Positions 34,966 to 47,100 of a stretch of DNA of 64,000 nt are shown here, piece by piece. How positions within the stretch are numbered: position 1 is the stretch's first letter; every line of letters begins with the position of its first letter. The position numbers were made by a program, and so were the translations under genes. The notes under the pieces are model-generated. The model saw only the letters and a list, made by a program, of their open reading frames with translations. It did no database searches and had not been told where the DNA came from. The stretch is from NCBI GenBank assembly GCA_036867785.1, contig CP145418.1:744001-808000 (forward strand). The letters are read 5' to 3'. The DNA comes from Plasmodiophora brassicae (taxonomy: Eukaryota).

Positions 34966-36593
34966 ATGTCGCGCATGCCGCTGCCATCCGCCATGCAACG
35001 ACGGGAACCGGGCGGGTTCGTGGCTCCCGTGTTCCCCGTTGACGACGCCTACAAGCGCATCTGCCAAATCGGGCAGGGGACGTTCGGGTTGGAATCGCGT
35101 CCCTGGCCGTGCCGTCTGTCGTCGCCATTAACGACGTTGTCGTTCAGTGTCGTCTACAAAGCCCTGGCGCCGGATGGCTCCCTTGTCGCTCTCAAGGCGC
35201 TTCGTCTTAACGACATGCAACACGGCGTACGCTTCGCCGCTACCTCCAACTGTCTGGACGCTAACGTCGTCCGTTGCAGTTTTCTGTCACATCTGTTCGG
35301 GAAATTCAGATTCTGCAGAGGCTGAACCACGAAAATGTCATCAGCATCACTGACATTGTTGCGTCCAAGGGTACGTACCGCCTGAACGTCGTGTCGTTCG
35401 CCTCCGTCGTCTGACTGTGCGGCACAGACGCGCATCTGGATTTGGAGAAGGCGTTCGTGTACGTCGTCTTCCCCTACATGGAGCACGACCTGGCCGGTTT
35501 GCTTGATAACCCGTCGTGTCGTATCACGCCGCCCGTCATCAAATGCTACTTCAAGCAGATCGTCACCGGCATAGAATACCTCCACGAGAACGGCCTCCTG
35601 CACCGCGACATCAAGTGCTCCAACATTCTCATCAACAACTACGGCATCGTGAAGCTGGGCGATTTCGGTCTAGCGCGCCCAGTCAGATCCGACGCTGAGC
35701 CCTACACAGGTCGGTGACGGCTTGATCCGGGTCGACGTCGTCCGCTGACAACGTTTGCGTCACCATAGACAAGGTGTGCACCCTGTGGTATCGTGCTCCA
35801 GGTAGGATTAATTTCGCTGCACCATGCCTGGTGGTTCACTAACAGCCAGACACCCAGAACTGCTTCTCGGCGACATGCATTATGGCCCGCCTCTGGACAT
35901 CTGGTCGTTAGGGTTCGTCGTCGCCTGGACAGCCGCGAATGAGTTGGTGATGTGCGCGTCGCGGCTAGGTGTGTGTTTGCAGAGATGTTCACGCAGCGTC
36001 CGATCTTGCACGGTGCGACCGAGATCGACCAGCTGGACCGCATATTCAAGCTGTGCGGCACGCCGACAAACCTTCCCGCGGCGCTGAATGGGACCGCCCT
36101 GCCGGCGACGTCGTATCCGAGGCAGGTCAAGAAAGCGTTCGCCAACTTTGGTGCGCAGGAGAGCGACCTGCTTGACCGCATGCTGGAGCTCGACCCTGCT
36201 AAGCGGATAACGGCGGCCGAGATTCTCAAGCACCCGTATTTCACGTCGTACCCACCGGCTGTCCTCCCGGAACAGGTCCCCAGGTTTACGCCAAGCAATG
36301 AGTTCAGTGCCGCCAAGAGAAAGGGCCTGCCTGCTCGGCCACCACCTGACGTACGCACGTCTGCCTCTGCCAAACGAAGGAGATCGCCGTCGACACCGCG
36401 GTCTCGCCCGGCAACCGGTTCGTCACCGTCCGCCAGGAGACGCGCGTCTTCCCGCCGGTCTCCATCAAGGTCCCCGGCCGGCAAGCCCGGCTCGACGTTG
36501 CACCGGGATCGTCGCAGTAGCCCTAGTCGGCGACGATCATCGCCATCCAGTCCCCGCAGGTGGCCAACCGACCCCAAACGACATCGCCGGTAG
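34966..36593 (+). CDS. Cyclin-dependent kinase, CDK9/CDKC/Bur1-like, with RS-rich tail
   Basis: IGQGTFG, VALK, SVTSVREIQIL, FPYMEHDLAGLL, LHRDIKCSNIL, DFGLAR, VCTLWYRAPELLLG, ELDPAKRITA. Confidence 0.92.
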
Positions 36594-36654
36594 ACCGTAC
36601 ATAAGCGCTGGTATGGATAATTTAAGCCAATGTGAACACCAATGTCCCATCGCA

Positions 36655-39600
36655 TCATGCCACACAAATGCACGTGTCCGAAGGTGCTCCACGAGGAACA
36701 CAGACGCCATACGGGGCGAACGGCGATCTGGCGCGCGCGCGAGAACGTCAATGGCCACCTAGGATTGCATGCACACAACGGGGGTGGGCACCTTCGCATG
36801 GTGTGCGTGATCTGCCAATGCGCGTTGAAGATTCGCTCACCGAGCCCGACCGGCTCGTGCTCGACGATATCGATATAGGCGGTGGCCATGTCGTCACCCG
36901 TGTCGCGGTCGACAAGCCGAACGGAGTACGACCCGATCTCGAGCCCGTCGAAATCGCGTTCGTGCCAGGACGTATCCCACTAGCACGCACGGTCAGCACA
37001 TCCCTGACACGCAGCGAGACGGCCCATACATCGGCGTCCACAGCCATCGTGAAGTTGACGACCGATTCGCCGTTCGCGTTAAAGTACAGGGCTTCGATTT
37101 GGCGTTGCGGTGAGCTCGACGTTGCATCGTCGTCCGTGTTCCAGCCGAATACCATCCAGATCGATGATGGCACGCCATAGATGACTCCTTCGTACTCTGC
37201 GATTCGGATTCGGAACTCAGAGCGACCTTCCAAAGGAGCAGCAACACATGACCTACCGAACGTTCGCTTCTCGGTGTCAAACTTCGTCCCGATCTGCCAT
37301 CGTCGCATCGGCGGTTTCTTGTCGGGCTGGTCGGCGGGCGGCGTGTAGGGCGCCGGCCTCCAATGCGCCGCTTTCACCAGTGCGAACACGAAGTTCTCGG
37401 TGATCCACGAGCCCTGCTGAGCGGGACGCACCAGCAGGTCGACCTCGTACGCCGTATCAACGGACCCTTCCGATTCGGAAATACGTCGAACCTGGGGCGC
37501 GGGACCGTTAGCGCCCCAGACACACCACCCGCACGGTTCTGTGCTGTACTTCTTTGATCTTGCTGGTCATCAGTGTCAGGCATTCCGGGAACGGCTTCGT
37601 CTTCTCGTTCAGTGACCCCACCAGGTCGTGCGAGATCGAATTCCAGATCTGACACAGGTGATCAGTCCAGCATACTGGTGGGTATGTACGGAGCGGGGCG
37701 CTGACCAGGTTGTTGACGTCCTCGCGGGCGAATGTGGCGCATGAGCAACGTGTGGCCGGGATGCCAATCTCGGAGCACGACCGGTCCGGCATTGGGCGCA
37801 GGAAGCTGATACCTGTTACCAGGGGGGGCCCTTTCAGGACACTGCTGGCCGAACCATCGCTTAGGTGCATTTTACGGGACCTCGATCGTACGCCTGCGAG
37901 TGCTCGTCGAGAAGGAGGAGATCGGCGAGTGTGGCATACACGTCCATGCCAGTGACCAGCTTCCTGTACGTCGGCAGGTGTAAGATGGCCACGCTTTCAG
38001 GGGACGCACCAAAGTACCTTTGCGCAGCAACCAGGTTGTCGAGCATATCGGCAGGCAGAGCGTCGAGGAAGGAGTCGGGCAGGCTCATGAACAGAGCGGG
38101 GAGGTCGTATTCGAACTGAAGCGTCGGCGAGTCGGAAATACCTCCTGATGGCAACGGGTTCAGCCACGTCGATAACGGACGGTCTCAGACGCGGCAGGCG
38201 CACCGAATCCTAGGCCGTGATCGCCTAGGATGATCAATCCGAAATCGTCGACGGTCTCAGACAGGTGCTTGATGACCTCGAGGAGGTCCGCGTCCTGGTT
38301 GACGACGCGCGTGTAACTCGCCTCGTGCGCGATGTTGTTCTGCCAGAGGGCGAACGTCCCGCCGAGTTTCTCATCCCTCGAGAACATGTTGAAGAAGCTC
38401 TTCAAGTAGCTGATGACGTGGTTGTGAATAAAGTCGCCTGTACACCGTCGTCAGTCGCGACCTCGGCAGTCGCCTCTGCAAAGCAAGCGACCGACCTGCA
38501 AAGCAGAGCTTGTCGCGTGTCGCTTCGCCGAAGAACCCGCCGACGCCCATGTGCGGCATGATGTCACAGAACACGTTCGCGAACGTGTGCGGGCTGATGC
38601 CCTGGACAGCGCGACGAAACATGGGGACGTCTTCCTCCTCGTAGTCGTCGAAAGCCTTGCGCCCCAAGATGCGTCCCATCGAGCCCTCGTTCTCACAGCA
38701 GTCCTTTCAGCAGCGCGTCAGCGAACGACCAACCTAGGGCGGTTTGTGCTTGGCACCTCCTCAATGTAGGCCGTCATGTAGCCGGCATCCTCGTACCGGC
38801 TCATGATCGTCGGGATCCGCTCGTCGGTGGGCGTCTCGTCATGGAACTCGGATCCGCTCTTGCCCAGGAAGATGGGCGAAAAGTTGTACTTCGTCCCACG
38901 ACCGATGGTGTTGTACCTGGTGAAGTCGAACAGCCGCGAACGTAGCCGTTTCTCGCTGCCAGACCGCTCATTACAGCCGCAAGCTCCATCGTACCCGACG
39001 GTTCGGGCGTACCTGATGTATGCGAGAGTCGCAGGGATCGCTCGTAGCGCGTGCTCCCGGGACAGCGAATCGATCATGATGAAGAGAAGGTTCAGCCGGG
39101 GCAGCCGCTTCTGCACGCTCTGGGCATGCTGTCGGCGTGCCTCGTGAAGCTGGGACGAAAACGTCCCCTTGTCAACGACACGGGTCAGCAGATCGTATGA
39201 CGACGTGTCGTCGTCATGCTTGCATTGGACAACGACCTGCGTCCTCGTCATCAAACGAACGTATCGCGTTCCTCAACGCTATGCGGTACCTGTTCCGCGT
39301 CATGAACGTCGATCTCTTCGACCCCGTTCGGAACCGCTATGGGGTCTGTGGACGTGTCCACCTGGATTTGGATACCGCCTTCGCATTTGCTGTGATCCAG
39401 GTGGACGTAGCCTTCGGGTGTGAACTGGCCCACTCCAGCTGGACCGTCATCACAGACCGGCTGCGATCAACACGTTGGGCGAATCGGGTGGTCAGTCCAA
39501 CGAGAAAGCCGACCTTAGGAGGGTTCTTCCATCCCATGATGAACTTCCAGTCGATGTCCGTCGGCGGGTGGACTTCACAGGCGCCTTCACGAAGCTCCTG

Positions 39601-39943
39601 CGATGTGTAGATCGATGCCGGGAACGACGAGCTTCGCGTTTGAAGAAACGCTGACTGCCACGGCTGGCTACGATCTACATCACGTTCCGTAAACGTTCGA
39701 ACCGACACCTGACCGTTCGCCTAGCAACTGACCTCGAAGCAGGACAACAGGCAGGCTAGTTGTCAAGACAACGAACACGAAAACGCATAGAGCCAGGATC
39801 CCGACGACGACGTTGAAGACGCTAACTGCGATTGTCAGCCGGCGAGTTCGCGATCGTACGTGACCGGCCGAGGTCCCATCCCGGTTGTTTGCGCCATTGC
39901 CACCGGAATGCCGCCGCCTTGGCGACGCACGACGCCGAAGCAT
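36655..39943 (-). CDS. DUF229 family (alkaline phosphatase/sulfatase superfamily) type II membrane protein
   Basis: TM; NLLFIMIDSLSR; YEDAGYMTAYIEE; LIILGDHG; EYDLPALFMSLP; LVTGMDVYATL; RSCSEIGIPATRCSC. Confidence 0.85.
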
Positions 39944-40206
39944 CTCGCTGGCAGAGCTGAAAGCGCCCAGAAATGTCACTTGTAAGAGGACGCGTGCCGT
40001 AAGGCAGATCAGCCGAGCTTGACTCACGTTATGTGAGACGCCCGTGAGGTCCACACCTGGGTTCCCCTGCACCTTGCTCCTTTGAACCATATCGCAGCTT
40101 GCACGTACACTACGATGACCGTGAAGGACACGAGGGTTGCCGCACAGATGCCAAACCACAAGTAGATAGACGAGTCATCCAGCCAATATATAAACATCGC
40201 AAATGA

Positions 40207-42089
40207 TCAGTATCCACCTGATAGGCCGTCGCCGCCACCGCCCATTGACGCTTTCATCTTCTCTTTCGAGTGCGCCATGTACTTCGGGCACTCGGTGACC
40301 CGATGGCCAAGGCCGCCACAGTAAGGGCAGCCACCACCCGATAACGAACTATCTTGCAGGGTCATCAGCATGGGCGGGATTGGTTGTTTGGCTTCCATGA
40401 GAAGGTACTTCAGGTCCAGCAGCGTCGTCTCGTGGCAGTTACGATTGATCAGCGTTGTCGCCAGGCCTGTCTTGCCTCTTCGCCCTGTCCTTCCGATTCG
40501 GTGCACGTAGTCCTCGATCTCCTTGGGCATGTCGAAATTGATGACATGCTGAATATCGGGGAAGTCCAGGCCCTTCGACGCGATGTCCGTTGCGACAAGA
40601 ACATCCTTCGCCCCGCTCTGAAACGCCCGAATCGCAGCCTGGCGCTCCGCCTGAGATTTCCCGCCGTGAATAGACACTGCCTCAACACCTTTGATCAACA
40701 GATACTCCTGCGCGCACATCACCCGAGTCAGAACGGAAACCAGACCGACGAGCGTGTTGCCGGAAGTACCTCAATGTCGTCAACGTCGCTGACGTTTGAA
40801 CAGAAAATGAGGACAGGCGGCGCTGTCTTCTGAAGGCACTCGAGAATATAGACCATCCGGTTCTCCTCCTTGACGTACTCAACATGTTGGACAACGTCCA
40901 GGCTGGCGGCGCCCGCACGGCCGACATTGACAACGATCGGGTCGACCAACGACGTCGCAGCAAACTGTTTGATCTTCGCGGGCATCGTCGCGGAGAACAT
41001 CACAGTCTGCCGTTGGCCAGAGAAGTACCCGAATATGGTTCGAACATCATCGGCAAACCCGAGATCAATCATGCGATCGGCCTCGTCCAGCGTCAGGAAC
41101 GTGCAACTGTCCAAGTTCAAACGTTTCTTCGACAGCATGTCCATAAGGCGTCCGGGTGTCGCGACGACGATGTGGACCGGCGATCGACGAGGGTCGACCT
41201 GGTCTCGCATGTCGATACCGCCGATGCAGAGGAGCGCATTGAGCGTGACACGGCGGCTCTTTCCAAGAGCACCACAGAATTCGACGACGATATTGAACGT
41301 CTGTTGCGCCAGTTCCCGCGAAGGGCACACGACAAGGCCGATAGGTCCTTCGCCTGACGTGAGCGGCAACCGAATTTCCGCTTCCAAGGCCGTCATAATC
41401 ATGGGCAGGACGAACGTGATCGTCTTCCCCGACCCAGTCGACGCAATGCCGATCATATCTCTCCGGCTGAGAGCAACCGGCAAGCCCTGCATCTGGATCG
41501 GCGTCGGGTTGACGATACCTTTGCGTGTCAGCGCATCCAGGATCGCCCTCGGGAACTCTGCAACATATTACTACATTTCTGCATGCAAACCATGGCGTCA
41601 GACAGTGCGCTTACTCATGTCTCGGAACCGCTGGATCGGAGGCATAATGTCATCGCCTTCTACGTGAATACGACGATCCTTGCGAACAGCATCGACCTGA
41701 TCCTCAGTCATGCTTCGAATGAACGATGGCGGGGTCCACAGCGTCGTCATCCGTTCTTTCGGGACACTGTCGCCAGCCCGTTCCGCAGCAGAGAGCAGTG
41801 GCCCACGCCCAGCAATGAGATTTCGCGTCAGGAATTCCTCCTCTTCCACAGTTTCCTGCCGGTCGTCCTTCGATGCGGTCGCCGCATGGATCTCGTGCGA
41901 TACTTCGACCAACGTCTTCGTGGACCGCTCCGGGGCGACCGGCTCTTCAACGATTGGCTCGACCGAGTCCGCCAATCGCCGAATCGCTCTGCTGTTGTGC
42001 GCTGACGACAGCAGCTGCGCTTCCCGCTCGCGTCGCCGCTTCAATGGTACATATACGAACCCGTCGTCGTCGTCATTGATGTCTCCCAT
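40207..42089 (-). CDS. DDX41: DEAD-box RNA helicase DDX41/Abstrakt
   Basis: [35 protein letters not shown]-terminal zinc knuckle [17 protein letters not shown]. Confidence 0.96.
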
Positions 42090-42363
42090 CGTTGATGGTT
42101 GCGCGACGCACGGCACGGACTTTGTCGACGTGTGTAGCTCGGCCAGCGGCTGCTCCTCCTCCTGTCTGCATCATCTGCCGGATGGGCTTGCGCAGACCAA
42201 GATTCGAGAAAGTCGAGCGGCGCTGCCCCGTGCATTGGAATCTACCATGGTTACCAATAGCGCTGCGGCCGAAGCGTCCTTCAAGTGCTGTCGAAGCGTT
42301 CTTCAAATGCAGTCAGACTGAGGAATGAATTAACACGATGTCAATGGCTTTAGTATTAGTGCA

Positions 42364-43503
42364 TCAACGTCTGGGTTTTGGAAGGCGCGATTTCATGAAG
42401 TTGACGGACAGTAACGCCATGGCGAGGGCATGGCCGTTAAGCGAGCTGTCGTCAACCATGACGATGTTGACGTTCCTGAGGAAGGTGCTGCCGGATTCGC
42501 AGTGGCCCAGAATGAACGACGGAACTGTGGACGTGAGATTGCGCCCCATAACGAGCGTACTGCATGGGGCATCGTCCATTGTCAACCCATTGAGGATCTC
42601 ATCGGCGCCGTAAGCAACAACAAGTTGCATGACGTGCAGCGAATAGCGGTCGCGGTCGATAACTTGGCGAAACCCGCGGTCCAAGATATCCTGGTCGTTA
42701 CGTGACTCTGTCCAGCGCGATTGAATCGCATTCCCCGCCCAGATATTGCTGCGTGCTGCTGATGATGCATACTGGTAGACCAATACAATGTTCCTGCGAT
42801 GGTTAACAAAGTCCCGCAGTGGCGACTCGGGACTCAAAGTAGAATCCGCAATGCGGGTTCGGCCCAGGGAGTCAACGATCATTTCCAGAATCTGGTCCTT
42901 GCAGTCGTCAATGTGGGCGCCTTCAGCGTAGACGTGGTTGACGTCGACGATGACGACTTCACCTGGATGGGCTTCAACAAACTGAACGACTTGCCGGGCG
43001 AACACCTTGTAATCGATAGCACACAGCGAATGACACAGTTCAAGCGTCCCAACCGAGTCGCGGCCCAAATACTCGTAATGCATGCGGACGTCCAAGTACC
43101 GGACGCCGTTTTCAAGCTGGTGGAGTATCGGGTTACGTTGGCACTGCAACACAACATAGTTGAATGGCTGGTCAGCTGCGACATGCACCAAAGGTACCTT
43201 TGCGAACTTTGAAACAACTGCAGCAAGTGGCGTTTGATGCTCGACGAAAGGTTTCAGACCTTTGTACTGCCCTTCAAAATCGCCAGAAAGCCTCTTTGAT
43301 CGTGGATCAATCGCATATGACCCGGAATTGTGGCTGCCGGCGATTGCGATATCGCGAAGAGCCATGTCACCGATATCATCGATCATGTCTCTCATCCAAT
43401 CGCTGAGCCGGACAGGACTCTTCACTCGCGGAACTGGGGCATCATCAACAGCGATCTGCGCCAGCGCCAGCAAGCTTGTCAGGGCCGTCACCACTTGGTT
43501 CAT
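42364..43503 (-). CDS. Secreted PI-PLC X-domain protein (PLCXD-like)
   Basis: Signal-like MNQVVTALTSLLALAQIA; WM..IGDMALRDIAIAGSHNSG; QLENGVRYLDVR; LCHSL; HPGEVVIVDVNH. Confidence 0.9.
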   Translation of the reverse strand: MNQVVTALTSLLALAQIAVDDAPVPRVKSPVRLSDWMRDMIDDIGDMALRDIAIAGSHNSGSYAIDPRSKRLSGDFEGQYKGLKPFVEHQTPLAAVVSKFAKVPLVHVAADQPFNYVVLQCQRNPILHQLENGVRYLDVRMHYEYLGRDSVGTLELCHSLCAIDYKVFARQVVQFVEAHPGEVVIVDVNHVYAEGAHIDDCKDQILEMIVDSLGRTRIADSTLSPESPLRDFVNHRRNIVLVYQYASSAARSNIWAGNAIQSRWTESRNDQDILDRGFRQVIDRDRYSLHVMQLVVAYGADEILNGLTMDDAPCSTLVMGRNLTSTVPSFILGHCESGSTFLRNVNIVMVDDSSLNGHALAMALLSVNFMKSRLPKPRR

Positions 43504-43720
43504 CTGCGTAGCTGGTTGCCGTATTGGCCACCACCAACCAGTCTGGCCTCTGGGATCTGAACCCCGGTCGCCGCCTGTGCGGCTCGCAGTTTCTAATTTT
43601 AGCAAGCCAAAAACGCGGCAGGCGGCAGCCAATGGCGGCTTCGCCAAGGGCGCTCCGATCTCCGACCCGCGATGCTGAGACCAATGTGGCGATGTCGTTT
43701 AACAGTATCTACCTGTGTAG

Positions 43721-44122
43721 TTAAATTGACAAAGGGAAACCGATTGTAACGCCAAGTACAACATTCGTCATTGCTCTGGTCGTCTGCCTCCTGAATTTGT
43801 GGCCAAAACCGTCAACGACAGAATGACGACACAGGGGTACGTAAGACTGACCTTTCAGCATACCTTCTGGTCGCACACCGTTTGTAGAAACATTCATTCG
43901 CTGGCCAGGTGACAATTCTAGCAGTCTGCCTGATTTAAAAGACGTATCAAGCAGGTCCTGACGCGTATAGGTAGCTGCGTGCCAGTGCCGATATTGGCCA
44001 GTGGGCTGTGGTCCAAATTTAGCACGCAGCTCCGCCGTGCTCAGAGACGTTCTCGGCATCGCGTTGTCCAGGTCTCGTCGGCCAAACCTGCGTACCAGCA
44101 CGTCATTGCCGCAGTCAGCCAT
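43721..44122 (-). CDS. Hypothetical protein (133 aa)
   Basis: ATG-initiated ORF filling the intergenic gap; no family recognised. Confidence 0.4.
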   Translation of the reverse strand: MADCGNDVLVRRFGRRDLDNAMPRTSLSTAELRAKFGPQPTGQYRHWHAATYTRQDLLDTSFKSGRLLELSPGQRMNVSTNGVRPEGMLKGQSYVPLCRHSVVDGFGHKFRRQTTRAMTNVVLGVTIGFPLSI

Positions 44123-44133
44123 CGGGCCTGTCC

Positions 44134-47100
44134 ATGGCGCTGCGGTTCAGTCTGCGCGGGGCGGGCCCCGCCATGGAACACAGCGGCGCCGGTCAGCAGT
44201 CCCGTGACGTTCTCGTGCATTTCAATCGTCGGTGCTGGCATGCGGCCGCTGACCGACGTTCTGTGGCTGACACTGCCAACTAGTGTTCATGTTGAAGAAC
44301 GTCCAGCTGGGGCCAATTGACGGGCTTCCATACGTTCGGATTCGGTTTGGAAGCATCGTCCTTCGCAGCAATGCCGCCGTGCCAATCACAGGCGACGCGG
44401 GCTCGTTCGAGTTTGACGGAAATATTCTGATCTTGTAGGTTCTGCTCTCGCTTGTACAGTGACCCGTGTAACAGATCATTTGCTAATACTTGCCCAGGAA
44501 AATCTCGAAATGTTCATTGTATCAAGGCTATCCTGATGTCAGGGTTTCGCTTCATGTGCGCCCTGTTCATAGTGCTGAGTACTCGGATGACGACCCGTGT
44601 TTGGGTCGGCTGCGAATTCCAGTCGGACACTGCACGTGCGAAATCATCGATGTGCAGACGAACGAGTTGATGCTGAACGATCTAGAGGTCGGCCAGCTGA
44701 TGTATGGCATATTTCCCGTGATTCCCGAGGTCAACATTGCCGAAACAACGACTAGCTCGAACTCGGTCGCGTCTCCTTGTGGAGATACACAGCAATCGCA
44801 GCTATCTCGCCAAGGTCTGTGAGATTATCTATCACCTACGTACTGCATCTAATTTCCTGTCTCTAGTCGCCGCTTTTCCGTTCCGACGGAAAGACAAATC
44901 GAATGTCAAGCTGAAACGCTTTACTGACGCGATCAACGAGTTCATGGGTTTCATATTCTCCGCTGTCAAGGTGTTCTCCACACCGCTGGGCAATAGCATT
45001 CTTACGCTTCTTGACATGTTCAAGACGCAAGAAGGCCGCCAGCAGTTCTTCCAGCACCTGAAATATGTTGTACGACAAGATGTACCATTGGCACCCATGC
45101 AGCGCTTTAACGTTTTCGTCCTTTTAGAGCGAAGGGCAGAAGATTTCCCAGTTTGCGTTTCAAACCCTTATTGACGTATTTCGCGCTGTCCTCCGCGAGG
45201 CGAACAACGCACATGACTACGCAACGTGCAGGAAGTTTCTCGGTTTGTCATGTCATGTGGATTGTCCCCTAACGACATTGCTGATCGGCGGTCGCAGAAC
45301 TATCGATGTCGATGAATGTTGTTAGCCCAGCGGGAGAAATCTGCATGTTCTTGTATTCGTTCGTCAAAGACCATGAGGTGTTCAAGAACCGCCAGTTCTG
45401 GGAGTTACTGTTTTTGGACGTCATAACGAGCGAACGAACGAAGCTCGAACAACTGCAATCGACAGCCGATCCGATCTCAGAGGCAGCCTACTGGACAGAT
45501 CCAGAAGGTGATGACCAACACGACCAGCAGAACGAGCAGCTTCTTCTCAACATCCATCTTCTCTGTGTATTTTCCTGGCAAATGATGAATGCTGGTATGT
45601 CTTGACGGGACGCGGCACCTAATCAGTACTGATGAGAATCTGTTAGGTGTCCATCTAGATGTGATCCTGACGTTCTGTATGGACATGTGCGCGATGAGTA
45701 ATGTTCAAGGTATTGCTTGTGCTTGGTGACGGATTGTCTCGTTCGCTGATTCTATTCGCTCTTGCGTAGACGAAGTTCTGCTGCAGCTGCGAAAGTTTGT
45801 GAAGCTTCTTGCATTTCGGACACCGTATGGATTAGTCCCGTTACCGTTCGCGAAAGGCAGCTCTGGTGTGTCTAAGAACGACATTTCATGGCTGATGCAG
45901 TGTAACTGAGCTGGCGCATTAGGGCCATCTGCTAGTACGACGTTGTCCTCGCAGTCATCTCTCGAAACGCTTCGCCTGGCGTCCTTTATGAGGATCCTGA
46001 AGTATCCAAGCTTAAACCTGTCAGCCGTTTTACAACAGTGCGAAGCTACGCGAGCTATGGTATCACTATTCACGCCCAGCAAATGGGACAAATGGGATCT
46101 GACGTCATGGATAGAATCTTGAGAAGACTGCTCCTGTGGACCTGTACGGGACTCGGCGTCTCGAGACCAAGAATGGATGGACCCGTTACCAGGTAAGGCT
46201 GCTAACTTAGGTTTCGTATCCGTATCTGAACTCCATGTAGACACCTGATGGGGATGATTACTTCCACAACGACGAAACCAATGGTTCACAATGGACCATT
46301 CCTGAGGGTTTCAACGATTCGAGCAGTGACTCAGATTTGTTTATGCCTAATCGTGGTGATGATGTCCCTCCTGTTCCTGGCAATGAGGCAATCGAAGGAA
46401 CTCCACTGAATACGAGCAGTGGCTTGATTAGCGGCGAGATCGTCCTTCGCACACTTTATGCTGTTGTCGATGAAAACGTCCCTCCGCCCCGACCCAAGGG
46501 CTACCTTCTGCTCACAACGTACCGAGTTGTCTTTGTGCCGTCTGAAGCGACCGACGCTTCAGGTGGCACCGCTGCTGTTGCTGGGGCCGCCTTGACGATG
46601 ACTGATCCGCCGTCATCGTTTGCGGCTTACAACAGCGGTTTCTGTGTCCATTCTGTTCTCAAGTTCGACCTTTTGAAGTACCCGTCCGATCCAACAAGCA
46701 TCGACAAACTTCTTCGCGTCACCTTGAAGGACTACCAGGTTCTGCGATATCGCCTCATTACATTGGCCGCAAACCGAGAGAATCGCGAAGCTCGCGTTGG
46801 GGACTTCAGTGATTTACTGCAATCGGCGTGCTTCCCGAACTCCCTTATCGGTCTGTTTGCTTTCCGATACAAGCAAAGCATCGCCACCCCAGATGACGGT
46901 TGGACGCTGTATCGTCCTGATGCAGAGTACAAGCGAATGGTTCGTTTGGAAACGCTCGTCGCCCTGTACTCACAATCTGATCCCATTCACAGGGCGCGTC
47001 GTTTGCCGTCTTTTGGCGTCGTGTGGCGCTGAATGCCGACTACAAGTTTAGCCCGACGTACCCAGCTGTATTTTACGTCCCGTCTATCGTTCCCGACCCC

